Position numbers and translations under genes: made by a program. DNA of 64,000 nt from Candidatus Bathyarchaeota archaeon (GTDB lineage: Archaea; Thermoproteota; Bathyarchaeia; Bathyarchaeales; Bathycorpusculaceae), in the NCBI GenBank assembly GCA_963782525.1, contig CAWAKC010000007.1, positions 128,001 through 192,000 on the forward strand, read 5' to 3'. How positions within the stretch are numbered: position 1 is the stretch's first letter; each line of letters opens with the position of its first letter. A model generated the notes under the pieces. It saw nothing but the letters and a program-made list of their open reading frames with translations. It was not told where the DNA came from and searched no databases. Shown piece by piece: positions 47,613 to 56,970 of the stretch.

Positions 47613-48995
47613 TTGAAAATTACTCTTATCAACCCACCATATCCGCCAAGCGTACATTCACACCCACCCTTTATCCCCTTAGGTCTTGGATATTTAGGCG
47701 CTGTTGCCGAAAAAGCAGGCCACCAAGTAACCATCATCGACTGTCAAGCTGAAAAACTAAATTATGAAACTTTCACCGCGCGCATCAGCCAAACGTCCTC
47801 TGATGTAATCGGTGTAACAGCGACCACTTTGCTTTACAAGTCGGCCATGAAGCTAATCATCATAGCTAAACAGGCTCAGCCACAGGCAGTAACGATGCTC
47901 GGTGGGTCGCATGGAACTTTCTGGGATGAAAACGCCCTTAATGAATACCCAAGCTTGGACATTGTTGTTCGAAGAGAAGGCGAACGAACCTTCATTGAAC
48001 TACTCGAAAAACTTCAAGCCCAAGCCAGCCTCGCCAATGTACTGGGCGTCACATACCGAAATGGAGATAAAATCGCCCGCAACCCAGATCGACCATTCAT
48101 AGAAAACTTAGATTCCATTCCGTTCCCCGCTCACCACTTGATGCCGCTGGAAAGCCTCAAGCGGGACGGCAAAATCCTCTTCCCCCTAATCAGCAGCCGC
48201 GGATGCGTGTTTTGGTGTGACTTCTGCAGCACTGTTCGTATGTTCGGCAGAGGTTACCGTTGGCGAAGCCCAAAAAACGTCGTCGACGAAATGCAGTTGA
48301 TACACGACAAATACGGCGTCAAACAAGTAACGTTCTACGATGACGCCTTTACCGTTGACCGCAACCGAGTCATACAAATCTGTGATGAACTACACGCAAG
48401 AAAGCTGGATATGATGTGGGATTGCGGCACCCGAGTCGACATGGTTGACCGCGAACTATTGACAACCATGCGTTCTGCAGGTTGTTTCGCGGTTTGGTTG
48501 GGTGTAGAGTCTGGTTCTGAAGCCATACTCGGCGCCATGAATAAGAGCATAAAGCTGGACCAGACAAGAAAAGCATACAAAACCGCTCACGAAGTTGGCT
48601 TGATGACGATTGCAAACGTTGTTTTAGGATTTCCAGGAGAAACAGATAAGACCGCAAAAGAAACAATCCGCTTTGTGAAGGAACTAAACCCCGACGATGT
48701 AGGTTTTTACGTAGCTACACCTTACCCAGGAACGCCCATGTACGAGGAAGTCAAGAAAAACGGTTGGCTACGCGTAACAGACTTTGACAAGTACGACACG
48801 GCTGGTCCCACCTTTGAAACACCATCCCTGAGCATGGAGGCGCTGGCTAAACTTCGCTACAAGGCATACCAAGATTTTTACTTGCGCCCAAGCTACGTGT
48901 TTAGAATGATGCGGAAAGGCGGAACCTACGGAAGAGCAGCTGTTAAAACTTCAGGAGCTTACTTGCTCAGGTACTTCCACATTAAGCTGTCTTAA
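47613..48995 (+). CDS. Cobalamin-binding radical SAM protein
   Basis: IPLGLGYL, GGSHGT, REGE, SRGCVFWCDFC, YDDAF, PYPGTP. Confidence 0.9.
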   Translation: MKITLINPPYPPSVHSHPPFIPLGLGYLGAVAEKAGHQVTIIDCQAEKLNYETFTARISQTSSDVIGVTATTLLYKSAMKLIIIAKQAQPQAVTMLGGSHGTFWDENALNEYPSLDIVVRREGERTFIELLEKLQAQASLANVLGVTYRNGDKIARNPDRPFIENLDSIPFPAHHLMPLESLKRDGKILFPLISSRGCVFWCDFCSTVRMFGRGYRWRSPKNVVDEMQLIHDKYGVKQVTFYDDAFTVDRNRVIQICDELHARKLDMMWDCGTRVDMVDRELLTTMRSAGCFAVWLGVESGSEAILGAMNKSIKLDQTRKAYKTAHEVGLMTIANVVLGFPGETDKTAKETIRFVKELNPDDVGFYVATPYPGTPMYEEVKKNGWLRVTDFDKYDTAGPTFETPSLSMEALAKLRYKAYQDFYLRPSYVFRMMRKGGTYGRAAVKTSGAYLLRYFHIKLS

Positions 48996-49361
48996 TTCCC
49001 TACTTTTCCTAACTAACGCAATTACAGCAAGAACTAACACTAATGTACAGAGCGAAACAGTAATAGGCCCAAAATCGAACCCGATCGACGTTAAACCCAA
49101 AAACAAACCCACCAAACCAGTTAAACCAAAGCTTAGTGCAACAGACAAAACTAGTTGCTCAACGAAGTCTACCTTGTTTTTGCCCAAGAACAAAACGTTC
49201 ACGAGACAGTAGCCAGGTAAAAAGGCTATAAAAACAAAACTCAATACATATCTTGGAATTAAGACTACAGAAAAATCTGGACTGCCAGGAATAAGATAAG
49301 TTACCAGTAACGTTAATGCCGTGAATCCAACGATAATTTCAAACCATCTGAGCGGTTTCAG
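48951..49361 (-). CDS. DUF1616-like membrane protein, probable CTG start
   Basis: FLPGYCLVNVLF...EQLVLSVALS motif; the frame stays open upstream of 49244 through a TM helix (LKPLRWFEIIVGFTALTLLVTYLIP) to CTG at 49361, two codons after an in-frame TAA. Confidence 0.7.
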   Translation of the reverse strand: MKPLRWFEIIVGFTALTLLVTYLIPGSPDFSVVLIPRYVLSFVFIAFLPGYCLVNVLFLGKNKVDFVEQLVLSVALSFGLTGLVGLFLGLTSIGFDFGPITVSLCTLVLVLAVIALVRKSRELRQLNVEVPEQVSS

Positions 49362-49406
49362 ATTTTAGCCTTCAAAAATTTAAAAAAATAAAAAGGGAAA
49401 GAATGT

Positions 49407-50318
49407 TTACATGAACATCTTGTAGATTGGATGAGACTCTTCGAGGGGCCTTGTTCCGAGATCGCCTGCTGCTGAAGCAATATATGTATCTGTGACTGCA
49501 ACTGCTGGGAATACCCATTCAGCTTGTTCTGCCGGGCCAATCATAAGCCAGTTTGCGCCTGCCATTTGCATGATTGAGTTTGTTGCGGTTCTGCATCCTG
49601 GACGGAATTCTTTAGCGACGTTTGCTTTAACCCATCCCATGGTTGTGACAACGTTTCCGCTGCCTAAACCGACTGGGTGACCATACTTCTCTTTCATGAT
49701 AGGTATAGTTCTAACGGCTGTGCCCATGTCTGGTTCGAATGCTGGGATGGCTGTGTCGATTAGTGGTTTTGTGATGCCACCTTTGTCTGCTAATGCGAGC
49801 GCTTCAACTATGACTTTCATTTTGCCTTCCATTGTGGTGTCTTTTGGATCATCAGCAAGCACTATGGACATTTTGATGCCACTGTCTTTGAGGTTTGCTA
49901 GTTCAGCATCGGTTACGCCTTTGTAAACTGAGTTGTAGAGACATCTGTCTGCGAGACCCATCTTTTTTGCTAAGGTTGCTGCTCCCATGCGGGTCTTTGG
50001 ACTCATTGCGTCAAGCATGAGTGGTGCATCAGTGTGTTTCGGTACGAAGTCAATGTATTTTTCGAATGCAGCTTCAGTTGTACCGACGATGTCAAGAGCA
50101 AATTTAACGCCTGTTATGTCGCTTTGGGTCTGGCATGTATTAATGATTTGTTCGGCTGCTTTAGCATCAAAAATTCCTTTGTTTGCATCGGTAACCATTT
50201 TTTGGCCTAGCCAAAAGATGGAGCCGATCAGGAAGGTTGGATTTTCTCCTGGTTGACCGCCTATTTTTGCTCCAGCGAGGTCATATACTTTTTGGGGGGT
50301 ATTGAACTTAAAGGACAT
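49407..50318 (-). CDS. mtrH: MtrH-like methylcorrinoid:tetrahydromethanopterin methyltransferase (MtoA/MtgA-type, stand-alone)
   Basis: IGGQPGENPTFLIGSIF, D..KGIFD.KAAE, LYNS, PLIDTA, HPIYKM; no other mtr genes adjacent. Confidence 0.85.
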   Translation of the reverse strand: MSFKFNTPQKVYDLAGAKIGGQPGENPTFLIGSIFWLGQKMVTDANKGIFDAKAAEQIINTCQTQSDITGVKFALDIVGTTEAAFEKYIDFVPKHTDAPLMLDAMSPKTRMGAATLAKKMGLADRCLYNSVYKGVTDAELANLKDSGIKMSIVLADDPKDTTMEGKMKVIVEALALADKGGITKPLIDTAIPAFEPDMGTAVRTIPIMKEKYGHPVGLGSGNVVTTMGWVKANVAKEFRPGCRTATNSIMQMAGANWLMIGPAEQAEWVFPAVAVTDTYIASAAGDLGTRPLEESHPIYKMFM

Positions 50319-50337
50319 TATTCCACATCAGATGGAT

Positions 50338-50763
50338 TTATTTCTTCAGTGCTTTCTTTGCTAGCTCTGGAGCCTCTTCTTTGTTCTTGCCGAAGAGTGC
50401 ACCGAGTGCATCAGCATCTTCTTTTTTGACTGCTGCGCCGCCCATGATTATGCCGACTTTGTCTTTGAGGCCTGCTGCTTTGAGTAATTCGTCGAGTTTT
50501 GCTAGGTTGTTCTTTGCGGGAACTGTGTTGACTGAGATTGCGATTAGGTTTGCATTGTTTTCTTTTACTTTGTCAATGAAGACTTGTGGTGCAACGCTTT
50601 TTCCAACATCAATGGTTTTGAATCCTGCGCGTTTTAGAGACCGCCTAACTGCTTCTTTTGCAGTGTCGTGCATGTCTGGTTCAATGTTTCCGATTACGAC
50701 AATACCGAGTGGATTTTCTGGTTCTGGAGGCTCTTTTTCCATCATAGATTTAAGCCAAGACAT
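50338..50763 (-). CDS. Stand-alone cobalamin-binding (corrinoid) protein
   Basis: EPDMHDTAK (DxHxxG variant), GF..IDVG, IAIS, IMGGAAV. Confidence 0.82.
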   Translation of the reverse strand: MSWLKSMMEKEPPEPENPLGIVVIGNIEPDMHDTAKEAVRRSLKRAGFKTIDVGKSVAPQVFIDKVKENNANLIAISVNTVPAKNNLAKLDELLKAAGLKDKVGIIMGGAAVKKEDADALGALFGKNKEEAPELAKKALKK

Positions 50764-50871
50764 TTAAACACCTTGTTTTCCTTTTTTATTACTCTGGGCT
50801 TTTTATACTCGAAATCCATATTTAACCTTTTACCAACAATTGTAAAGTAAGCTTATCAAGCAGGAAAGTAA

Positions 50872-53274
50872 ATGCTCAAAGCAAACAGAACATACGCCTT
50901 ATTGCTGTTAATTTTTACTTTCTCATTCCTCTATCGCTTGGTTCTGATGCTCTGGAATTATTTTCCCCCTGGAGCAGACATAGGTTTACACAACAGTGTA
51001 ATTTACTCCATCACCGGGCATGGAAATACGAATTTCATGTATAACTTCTACCAAATGGGTGGAGGTACTTCACTGACTTTTCCAGGATACCACATCTTTG
51101 CTTCAAGCATAATGATGATGACCGGGCTACCTGAATACTGGGCGCAAGCAACAATTGTGGCATTATTCTCATCCCTTATTGTTCTGTGCGCGTTTCTAAT
51201 AACGAAAAAAGTTTGGACGGAGCCAGCCGCCTACGTTGTTGCTTTTTTGGTGGCAATTTCACGTTTCGACATAGAGATGCTCCTGTGGGGAGGCTACCCA
51301 AATGTCATAACTCTGCTATTGATTCCCTTAACATTCTACCTTTACCTGCAAAAAGACCGATTTTCGATAACGCCCTTTTTGGTTTCAACGTCTATTTTGG
51401 CGGGTTCAATATTTTTAACTCACTCGTTGAGTGCAGGCATTTTCGTTTGTGTGACAGCCCTAACTGTGCTTTTTGTCCTGATTTCTCCTAAGACTTTTAG
51501 AACGTCCAGAAAAACTGGTTTCATGTGGCTCCTGCCAATGGTTTTGGGAGTCATAATGGTTCTGCCTTTCTTGGCAAGTGCTGTGCCTACTTATTTGCAT
51601 GATAATTCTTCAGCGCCGGGTGTTTCAGGTGTAAACGACATCAATTCAGCAATTCTTTCGACAAGGATTCTTCCTTTGGAAATGGTTCTACCCCTTTTTC
51701 TAATTATAGTTGGGTTTGCTGCGTTCTCAAAAAGGTACAATAACCGATTTTTTACTCTTCCAGTCCTTCTTCTCTCAGCATGGCTCTTTGTTCCACTATT
51801 CTTAACCCAAGGATACCTGTTCGGGTTCATCATTGACTACAACCGATTTCTGTACTTTGAAATTCTACCCGTAATAATCTTCATCGCTGTACTGCTGGAT
51901 TATGGCGCGAAGTTCTTTGCAGAAACAATAAATAACTACCGTACTTTGGTGAAAAACCAAAGAACAGAAAAATTTCCCAGCAAAGAAACACTCACTGATT
52001 TTGGATCAAAAGCCAAGACAGGAAACAACGGTTTCCGGCAAAGTAGGAGGGAGAAAGCAGAAAAATCAATCGGAAAGAAAGCTGCTTGGCTCTCAACGCA
52101 TTCATCGACTAAGGCGATTTATGCAGGCTTCATCCTATTTTTCCTGCTCTTCTCATTTGTCGCAATTCCTGTTTTTCTAACCCCGATGCAGGGTCTAACC
52201 ATTCAGAGTTTCTACCAAGTTATGAATAATCCAGGATGGGATGCGATACAGTGGGCTAAGCAGAATACACCTACAAACTCTGTGTTTGTTTCTGATGCGC
52301 TCTACGGCTGGTGGTTTATCGGGTTTGCTCAGCGACCCACATTGAGTGCTGTTGACCCACAGTATTTGACAAGTGCTAGAGAGGTAAACCCTTCAAAAAA
52401 CGCCAGTTACCTCCTTGACACCGATTACTTGATCGATAATAATGTAACTCAGGTTCGGGAAGATGGTGGGTACATTGCAAGGCATAATCCAGAAATCTTA
52501 GCTGACCTCAACTGGACCTACTTCCCCTATTCCTTCTTCAATTTTGACAGTAGCCAAAATGAAATTAAGTATGAAGTAAACGGTACCCTTCACTCAGTTT
52601 ACTTATCGGATCTTGAGGTGAAGGAGATGTACATGGAAAAAAGCACAGGTTACGATACAATCATTGTTAGTAGAGGAAACAGCTTTTTCAATTATACACA
52701 GTTTACTACGGTTTATGCAACTTCAAGTTTTGTTAACGTCACCTCAACTCTGGACAGTAACGTACCGGGAGTTTCCCTTGACTGGGTTAACATCAATGTT
52801 CAAAGCAAAGGAACCCAAATTGCCTACGATGACCCACGAACGGTTGCTTTGGTGGATGTTGGTGTAAAAACGTTCGGTCAATTAATCTTTAGCGATAACC
52901 AGCCAAATGTGACAACAAAAGTTGTTGATCCTCTCTTGATTGATTTAGAGTATCAACCGCAGAATAGAAATCATGGAGAAATTCAGATTTTAGCAAGTGC
53001 TTACTCAGCCGACAACAACCCAGACATCTACAAAGATGCAGCAAGCATAAACAACCACTTCTATCCTGTTATAGCTACAAATCTTAAGTCTACTCAAACA
53101 ACAACCAACCTATACATCAAAGAAGCGTTTGATTACCAAAATATGCTCCAAAACTACAATGTTTCCTACATTGCCTGTCGGGTTCCTGAAATGTACCCCA
53201 AATTCCTACTAGACCCAACGTTTAGCCTTGTATTTATTAACAGCGAAGTCGCCATTTTCAAAGTAAATGGGTAA
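50872..53274 (+). CDS. GT-C fold multi-pass membrane glycosyltransferase-like protein with an extracellular C-terminal domain
   Basis: PPGADIGLH, FPGYH, LTHSLS, YNRF, about 12 TMs, AIQWAKQNTP...SDALYGWW, C-terminal YNVSYI...F.NSEVAIFKV. Confidence 0.72.
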   Translation: MLKANRTYALLLLIFTFSFLYRLVLMLWNYFPPGADIGLHNSVIYSITGHGNTNFMYNFYQMGGGTSLTFPGYHIFASSIMMMTGLPEYWAQATIVALFSSLIVLCAFLITKKVWTEPAAYVVAFLVAISRFDIEMLLWGGYPNVITLLLIPLTFYLYLQKDRFSITPFLVSTSILAGSIFLTHSLSAGIFVCVTALTVLFVLISPKTFRTSRKTGFMWLLPMVLGVIMVLPFLASAVPTYLHDNSSAPGVSGVNDINSAILSTRILPLEMVLPLFLIIVGFAAFSKRYNNRFFTLPVLLLSAWLFVPLFLTQGYLFGFIIDYNRFLYFEILPVIIFIAVLLDYGAKFFAETINNYRTLVKNQRTEKFPSKETLTDFGSKAKTGNNGFRQSRREKAEKSIGKKAAWLSTHSSTKAIYAGFILFFLLFSFVAIPVFLTPMQGLTIQSFYQVMNNPGWDAIQWAKQNTPTNSVFVSDALYGWWFIGFAQRPTLSAVDPQYLTSAREVNPSKNASYLLDTDYLIDNNVTQVREDGGYIARHNPEILADLNWTYFPYSFFNFDSSQNEIKYEVNGTLHSVYLSDLEVKEMYMEKSTGYDTIIVSRGNSFFNYTQFTTVYATSSFVNVTSTLDSNVPGVSLDWVNINVQSKGTQIAYDDPRTVALVDVGVKTFGQLIFSDNQPNVTTKVVDPLLIDLEYQPQNRNHGEIQILASAYSADNNPDIYKDAASINNHFYPVIATNLKSTQTTTNLYIKEAFDYQNMLQNYNVSYIACRVPEMYPKFLLDPTFSLVFINSEVAIFKVNG

Positions 53275-53288
53275 CTTCAATCAAGACG

Positions 53289-55595
53289 GTGAGCACTGTC
53301 GCCTTGATGAATAAATTTAGAGACATGCAAAAGCTCGAAATTGCATTCATAACCATATTCTCAGTCCTGATCTTGGTTGGTTTCTACACCGTCATATCTA
53401 TGAACGGGGTAATACTCGGCAACGACCCAGCAGTTCATTTGGAAAAAGCAAGAATCTTCCTAAACACAGGTCAAATCCCCCTATCCAACAACAGTTGGAC
53501 ACCACCGCTTTTTGAAATAGTGTTGGCTATGTTCATTTCTTTGGCCGGCGCAACCGACATTGCACAGCTAATTTTTATGGAAAAAGTCCTGACGGTGATT
53601 GTGAACTGGCTTTTGTTTATGTCAGTTTACTTGATTGGAAGCAAATTTTTCAGCAAAAAAGTTGGCGCAGTAGCATCTGTTTTGTTGTTGATGTGTTTTC
53701 CCATCTTTGAGCTTAACCAGTGGGGCGGATACACCACTGTTTTGGGTATTGCATTCTTGATTCTCCTTCTCCTCTATCTGCCGTTGTCGATTGAAAAATT
53801 CGGATATGCACTCGTCACGTTTTTTGTGGCGTTCTCCGTTGTCTTGTCCCACCAGCTTACGACTTTTCTTGCTGCATTTATGCTTCCACCCATACTACTA
53901 TATATGCTGATTAAGTCTCGGGGAGCATTCCTAAAAGTCTTAATCCCGCTAACCGTTGGCGGTGGCATAGCATTTTTTGTCTATTACTTCCAAGCTATGG
54001 TTGGTTATCTCGGGGTAATCGTGGAAATTCTGTTTTTCAGCATAAAAACCTACGCTTACCAGATTCCAGCCACTAGCCTCAATGCCATGACAGTTAATTT
54101 TGGCTTCATACTCTTACTTGCAATCGGCGGATTTTACTTCGCATTTAAAATTCTCAGAGCTAACAAAAAATCAGCGTTTCTCTTGGTTTTGCTCCTCAGC
54201 TTAATTGTGCCATTTTTCTTTGCTTATTCGTACGTGATTGGGTTTTACTTACCGTTTCAATGGTTCGTCTATTACTTGGCACCACCCATTGCAATCTTCG
54301 CAGCTGTTACAGTAGTTTTCCTGTTGCAGAAAGCACCTGTGTTCTATCAGAGACATCAGGCAGGTTTCCGCAAAAGCTGGGTAAAAGCACTCACCATCAC
54401 CTTAATTGTTGTGGTATCTTTGGCGGTTGTTGTACGCTCAGACACTGTATATGGCAAAATTTTGGAAGCAGCCAATTATTACTCAACAACTGACATTAAA
54501 GCCTACGATGCAGGCATTTGGCTAGGAAACAACTACCCAGAAAACGCGACGGTTATTGTAACGCGGGCACCTGGGTTTTGGTTCCAAGAATTTTCCGATA
54601 AAAGCGTAATTGCTCAAACTGACCCAATCGTTGGAAGAAACGAAATCGCTGAGGCAGTTTTGAGTTTATCTTATGAACTTGAGAACCAGCTAACTCTAGT
54701 GAAGGCTTACCAGGCGAAGGGAGACATATCCGACGAAAATTATGTTTCAATGGATAACGTTTGGAACAGGGTTTCTTACTCTTCTGCAAACGGCAACTTT
54801 TTGAACTACACACAAAACGGCGTAGGCTACCGGCTTCAACTCTCAGAATTAAGCAAACAAATCGTTTTTGAAGACCAAAGCTACCCCAAGAAGATAGAGT
54901 TCATTTACGCTAATGACAACATAACCTTAACAGAAACCGTGACAGCACAAAATGACAGCTATCCACTCGGCATTTCTTGGTCAATCACGCCTCAGAGAAG
55001 CGAAATCTCAAACATCACTCTGTACCTGAGCACATTTTTTGATCTCCAATTCAAGTTTGACAAAGCCCAAATTCCCCAGTTGATAGATTGGGTTAACCCA
55101 TGGGATGCCCCCCCAGCCATAACGACTACACATGGAACAGATTGGGCAGTTGCAACTTTTTCAAACACAAGCCTAAAAGACAGTTACCTTGGTCTCTACG
55201 ATGACACAAACAACATAGCCTTTGCGTTCAAGTTTACTGATTTGCCAGATTGGGGAAACATCGGTGCCTTAGCAAACAGACAGATCGATGCAGTGCGGTT
55301 TCAGTATCAATTCAACGATTTAACAGTAAACCAGACGGCTTCACGTTCCTACCAGGTTCTCACCATGTCTAAGAACAGTTACTCACCGCTCCAACCTGAT
55401 TCGCTACAAAGTCTCTTTGGCTTAAAAACGGCCCCATTCACTGTGGCTACCCGCGATTTTAGCGATTACATTGCAGAAAACAACATAGGATTCATCGTTT
55501 ACGACAGAAACCAACTTGACCCACAAATGATCCACAGCAAACTTCTACAGTTAATCTACTCAAACGACCGATACGTCATCTTCAAAGTCATTTAG
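53289..55595 (+). CDS. GT-C fold multi-pass membrane glycosyltransferase-like protein (tandem paralog)
   Basis: LGNDPAVH, WTPPLF, LSHQLT, WLGNNYP...APGFWF, C-terminal NNIGFIV...IYSNDRYVIFKV. Confidence 0.72.
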   Translation: MSTVALMNKFRDMQKLEIAFITIFSVLILVGFYTVISMNGVILGNDPAVHLEKARIFLNTGQIPLSNNSWTPPLFEIVLAMFISLAGATDIAQLIFMEKVLTVIVNWLLFMSVYLIGSKFFSKKVGAVASVLLLMCFPIFELNQWGGYTTVLGIAFLILLLLYLPLSIEKFGYALVTFFVAFSVVLSHQLTTFLAAFMLPPILLYMLIKSRGAFLKVLIPLTVGGGIAFFVYYFQAMVGYLGVIVEILFFSIKTYAYQIPATSLNAMTVNFGFILLLAIGGFYFAFKILRANKKSAFLLVLLLSLIVPFFFAYSYVIGFYLPFQWFVYYLAPPIAIFAAVTVVFLLQKAPVFYQRHQAGFRKSWVKALTITLIVVVSLAVVVRSDTVYGKILEAANYYSTTDIKAYDAGIWLGNNYPENATVIVTRAPGFWFQEFSDKSVIAQTDPIVGRNEIAEAVLSLSYELENQLTLVKAYQAKGDISDENYVSMDNVWNRVSYSSANGNFLNYTQNGVGYRLQLSELSKQIVFEDQSYPKKIEFIYANDNITLTETVTAQNDSYPLGISWSITPQRSEISNITLYLSTFFDLQFKFDKAQIPQLIDWVNPWDAPPAITTTHGTDWAVATFSNTSLKDSYLGLYDDTNNIAFAFKFTDLPDWGNIGALANRQIDAVRFQYQFNDLTVNQTASRSYQVLTMSKNSYSPLQPDSLQSLFGLKTAPFTVATRDFSDYIAENNIGFIVYDRNQLDPQMIHSKLLQLIYSNDRYVIFKVI

Positions 55596-55657
55596 ACTAA
55601 ATCATCCATTGCTATTGGTCTGCTAAAAACGCTGTTTAGATTTCTTAGGAAGGCCCC

Positions 55658-55861
55658 TCAGCAATAGTACAATTGGTCCAGCGAGTATTCCTTGAATACG
55701 GTACAGTTGAGGCATATGCATCCTGCGGTTGCTGCTTTTTCCTTGGATTTGCCTCTTGCACAAAAAAAGTTACAGGTAAAGTTCGATTTCTTGCGGGTCG
55801 AGCAAGCCGGGCCTAAACAAAGTTCAGTGTTTTCCCCGTTGTCAGAAACAGGATTTCTCAA
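55658..55861 (-). CDS. DUF2769-like Cys-rich small protein, possibly degenerate
   Basis: EN..LC, FCARGKS, GCICLNCTVFKEYSL...YYC. Confidence 0.55.
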   Translation of the reverse strand: MRNPVSDNGENTELCLGPACSTRKKSNFTCNFFCARGKSKEKAATAGCICLNCTVFKEYSLDQLYYC

Positions 55862-55950
55862 AAATTCGCCTAAATAACAGTCTGGTTAAGGCTAATAGTG
55901 GTATGTGACTGCTGCGAATCAGTTATAGAAAGAAAAAGCTGAAAAAGAAG

Positions 55951-56148
55951 TTATTGTTGCTTTTGGCCGCATTGTGGACAAAACTTGGATACTACAGGAA
56001 TTCGAGTCTTGCATCTTGGACAGATTTTTAGCAGGAGTGGTTGCCACAAGAGTGCACCGCAGATGTTGCAGTAATTGGAGTTAGCTGGCACTTGCGAAGA
56101 GCAGTTTGGACAGGTTAAGTACTGAGTGTACATTGGAACTGGAATCAA
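55951..56148 (-). CDS. Double zinc-ribbon small protein
   Basis: CPNC..YCNICG...CPRC..FCPQCG. Confidence 0.75.
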   Translation of the reverse strand: MIPVPMYTQYLTCPNCSSQVPANSNYCNICGALLWQPLLLKICPRCKTRIPVVSKFCPQCGQKQQ

Positions 56149-56291
56149 GATGGAAACGGAAAATATGTTGCATTCCCCAAAAGAATATGGGTTTATTCTC
56201 TTTTTTCTTTTACGCTTTTACGCTTAAAAATTATTGGTTAGTAAATGTTAATCAACCAAATCTTCCTTTGCAATAGGCAGGAGAGTCTGGC

Positions 56292-56963
56292 TTGAAGAAT
56301 CTAAAAGGCATCTTAGTCGTTGGCGAAAAAAACATCTTCAAAGAGCTTGCGCAAGTTGTTGCTGTTGCTTCAGAAGCTAACCCTCTCGTTTTGACCATGT
56401 TCAAGATGGGTTACAAAGACAAAGGACTAAGTGAAATAATGCATAAGGTTCAGTTGCTTGAGAAAAAATCAGATGACATCGCCTTCAAAATAAGTGAAGA
56501 CATCACAAGCGGCGCCATAAGCCCGAACATAATAGATAACTTGCTTAACTGTGTCCATGTTGCTGACGACATAGTCGACGTGTACTATTACATTAGTCGA
56601 GAACTAAACAGAATGGCAAAAGGTTACTCAGCAGGCTTTGAAATCAAAGAAGCCGAATGGAATTCAGTCTACGAAAAAATGCTTGCTGTCGCCGAAAAGT
56701 CACTCCTAAAGGTCAAACAAGCTTTATCGTCTCCTTCAATAACGGAGATTTTGGCGTTACGCAAAGAAATAGAAGCGTTAGAAGAACAAGGCGATGAAAT
56801 AAAAGACCAAGGATTCGACAGGCTGTATGGTTTAGCGCCAAAACTGAATTACCTGCAATTCTACCATTACTCCGAACTCTTGCATAAAACCGATGACATA
56901 CTAGATGGCTGTGAAGATTTCGCAGACCTAATTGTTTCTGTGGTTACCTCAATAGTTAAGTGA
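56292..56963 (+). CDS. DUF47 / PhoU-like phosphate transport regulator
   Basis: LEKKSDDI, ADDIVD, LEEQGDEIK, DDILDGCED; directly upstream of pit. Confidence 0.85.
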   Translation: MKNLKGILVVGEKNIFKELAQVVAVASEANPLVLTMFKMGYKDKGLSEIMHKVQLLEKKSDDIAFKISEDITSGAISPNIIDNLLNCVHVADDIVDVYYYISRELNRMAKGYSAGFEIKEAEWNSVYEKMLAVAEKSLLKVKQALSSPSITEILALRKEIEALEEQGDEIKDQGFDRLYGLAPKLNYLQFYHYSELLHKTDDILDGCEDFADLIVSVVTSIVK

Positions 56964-56970
56964 CCTGCAT

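Noticed and set aside
49407-50318. Evidence for methanogenesis from mtrH
   Set aside because: Stand-alone MtrH homologs are common in non-methanogens, and no mtrA-G or mcr genes are present here.
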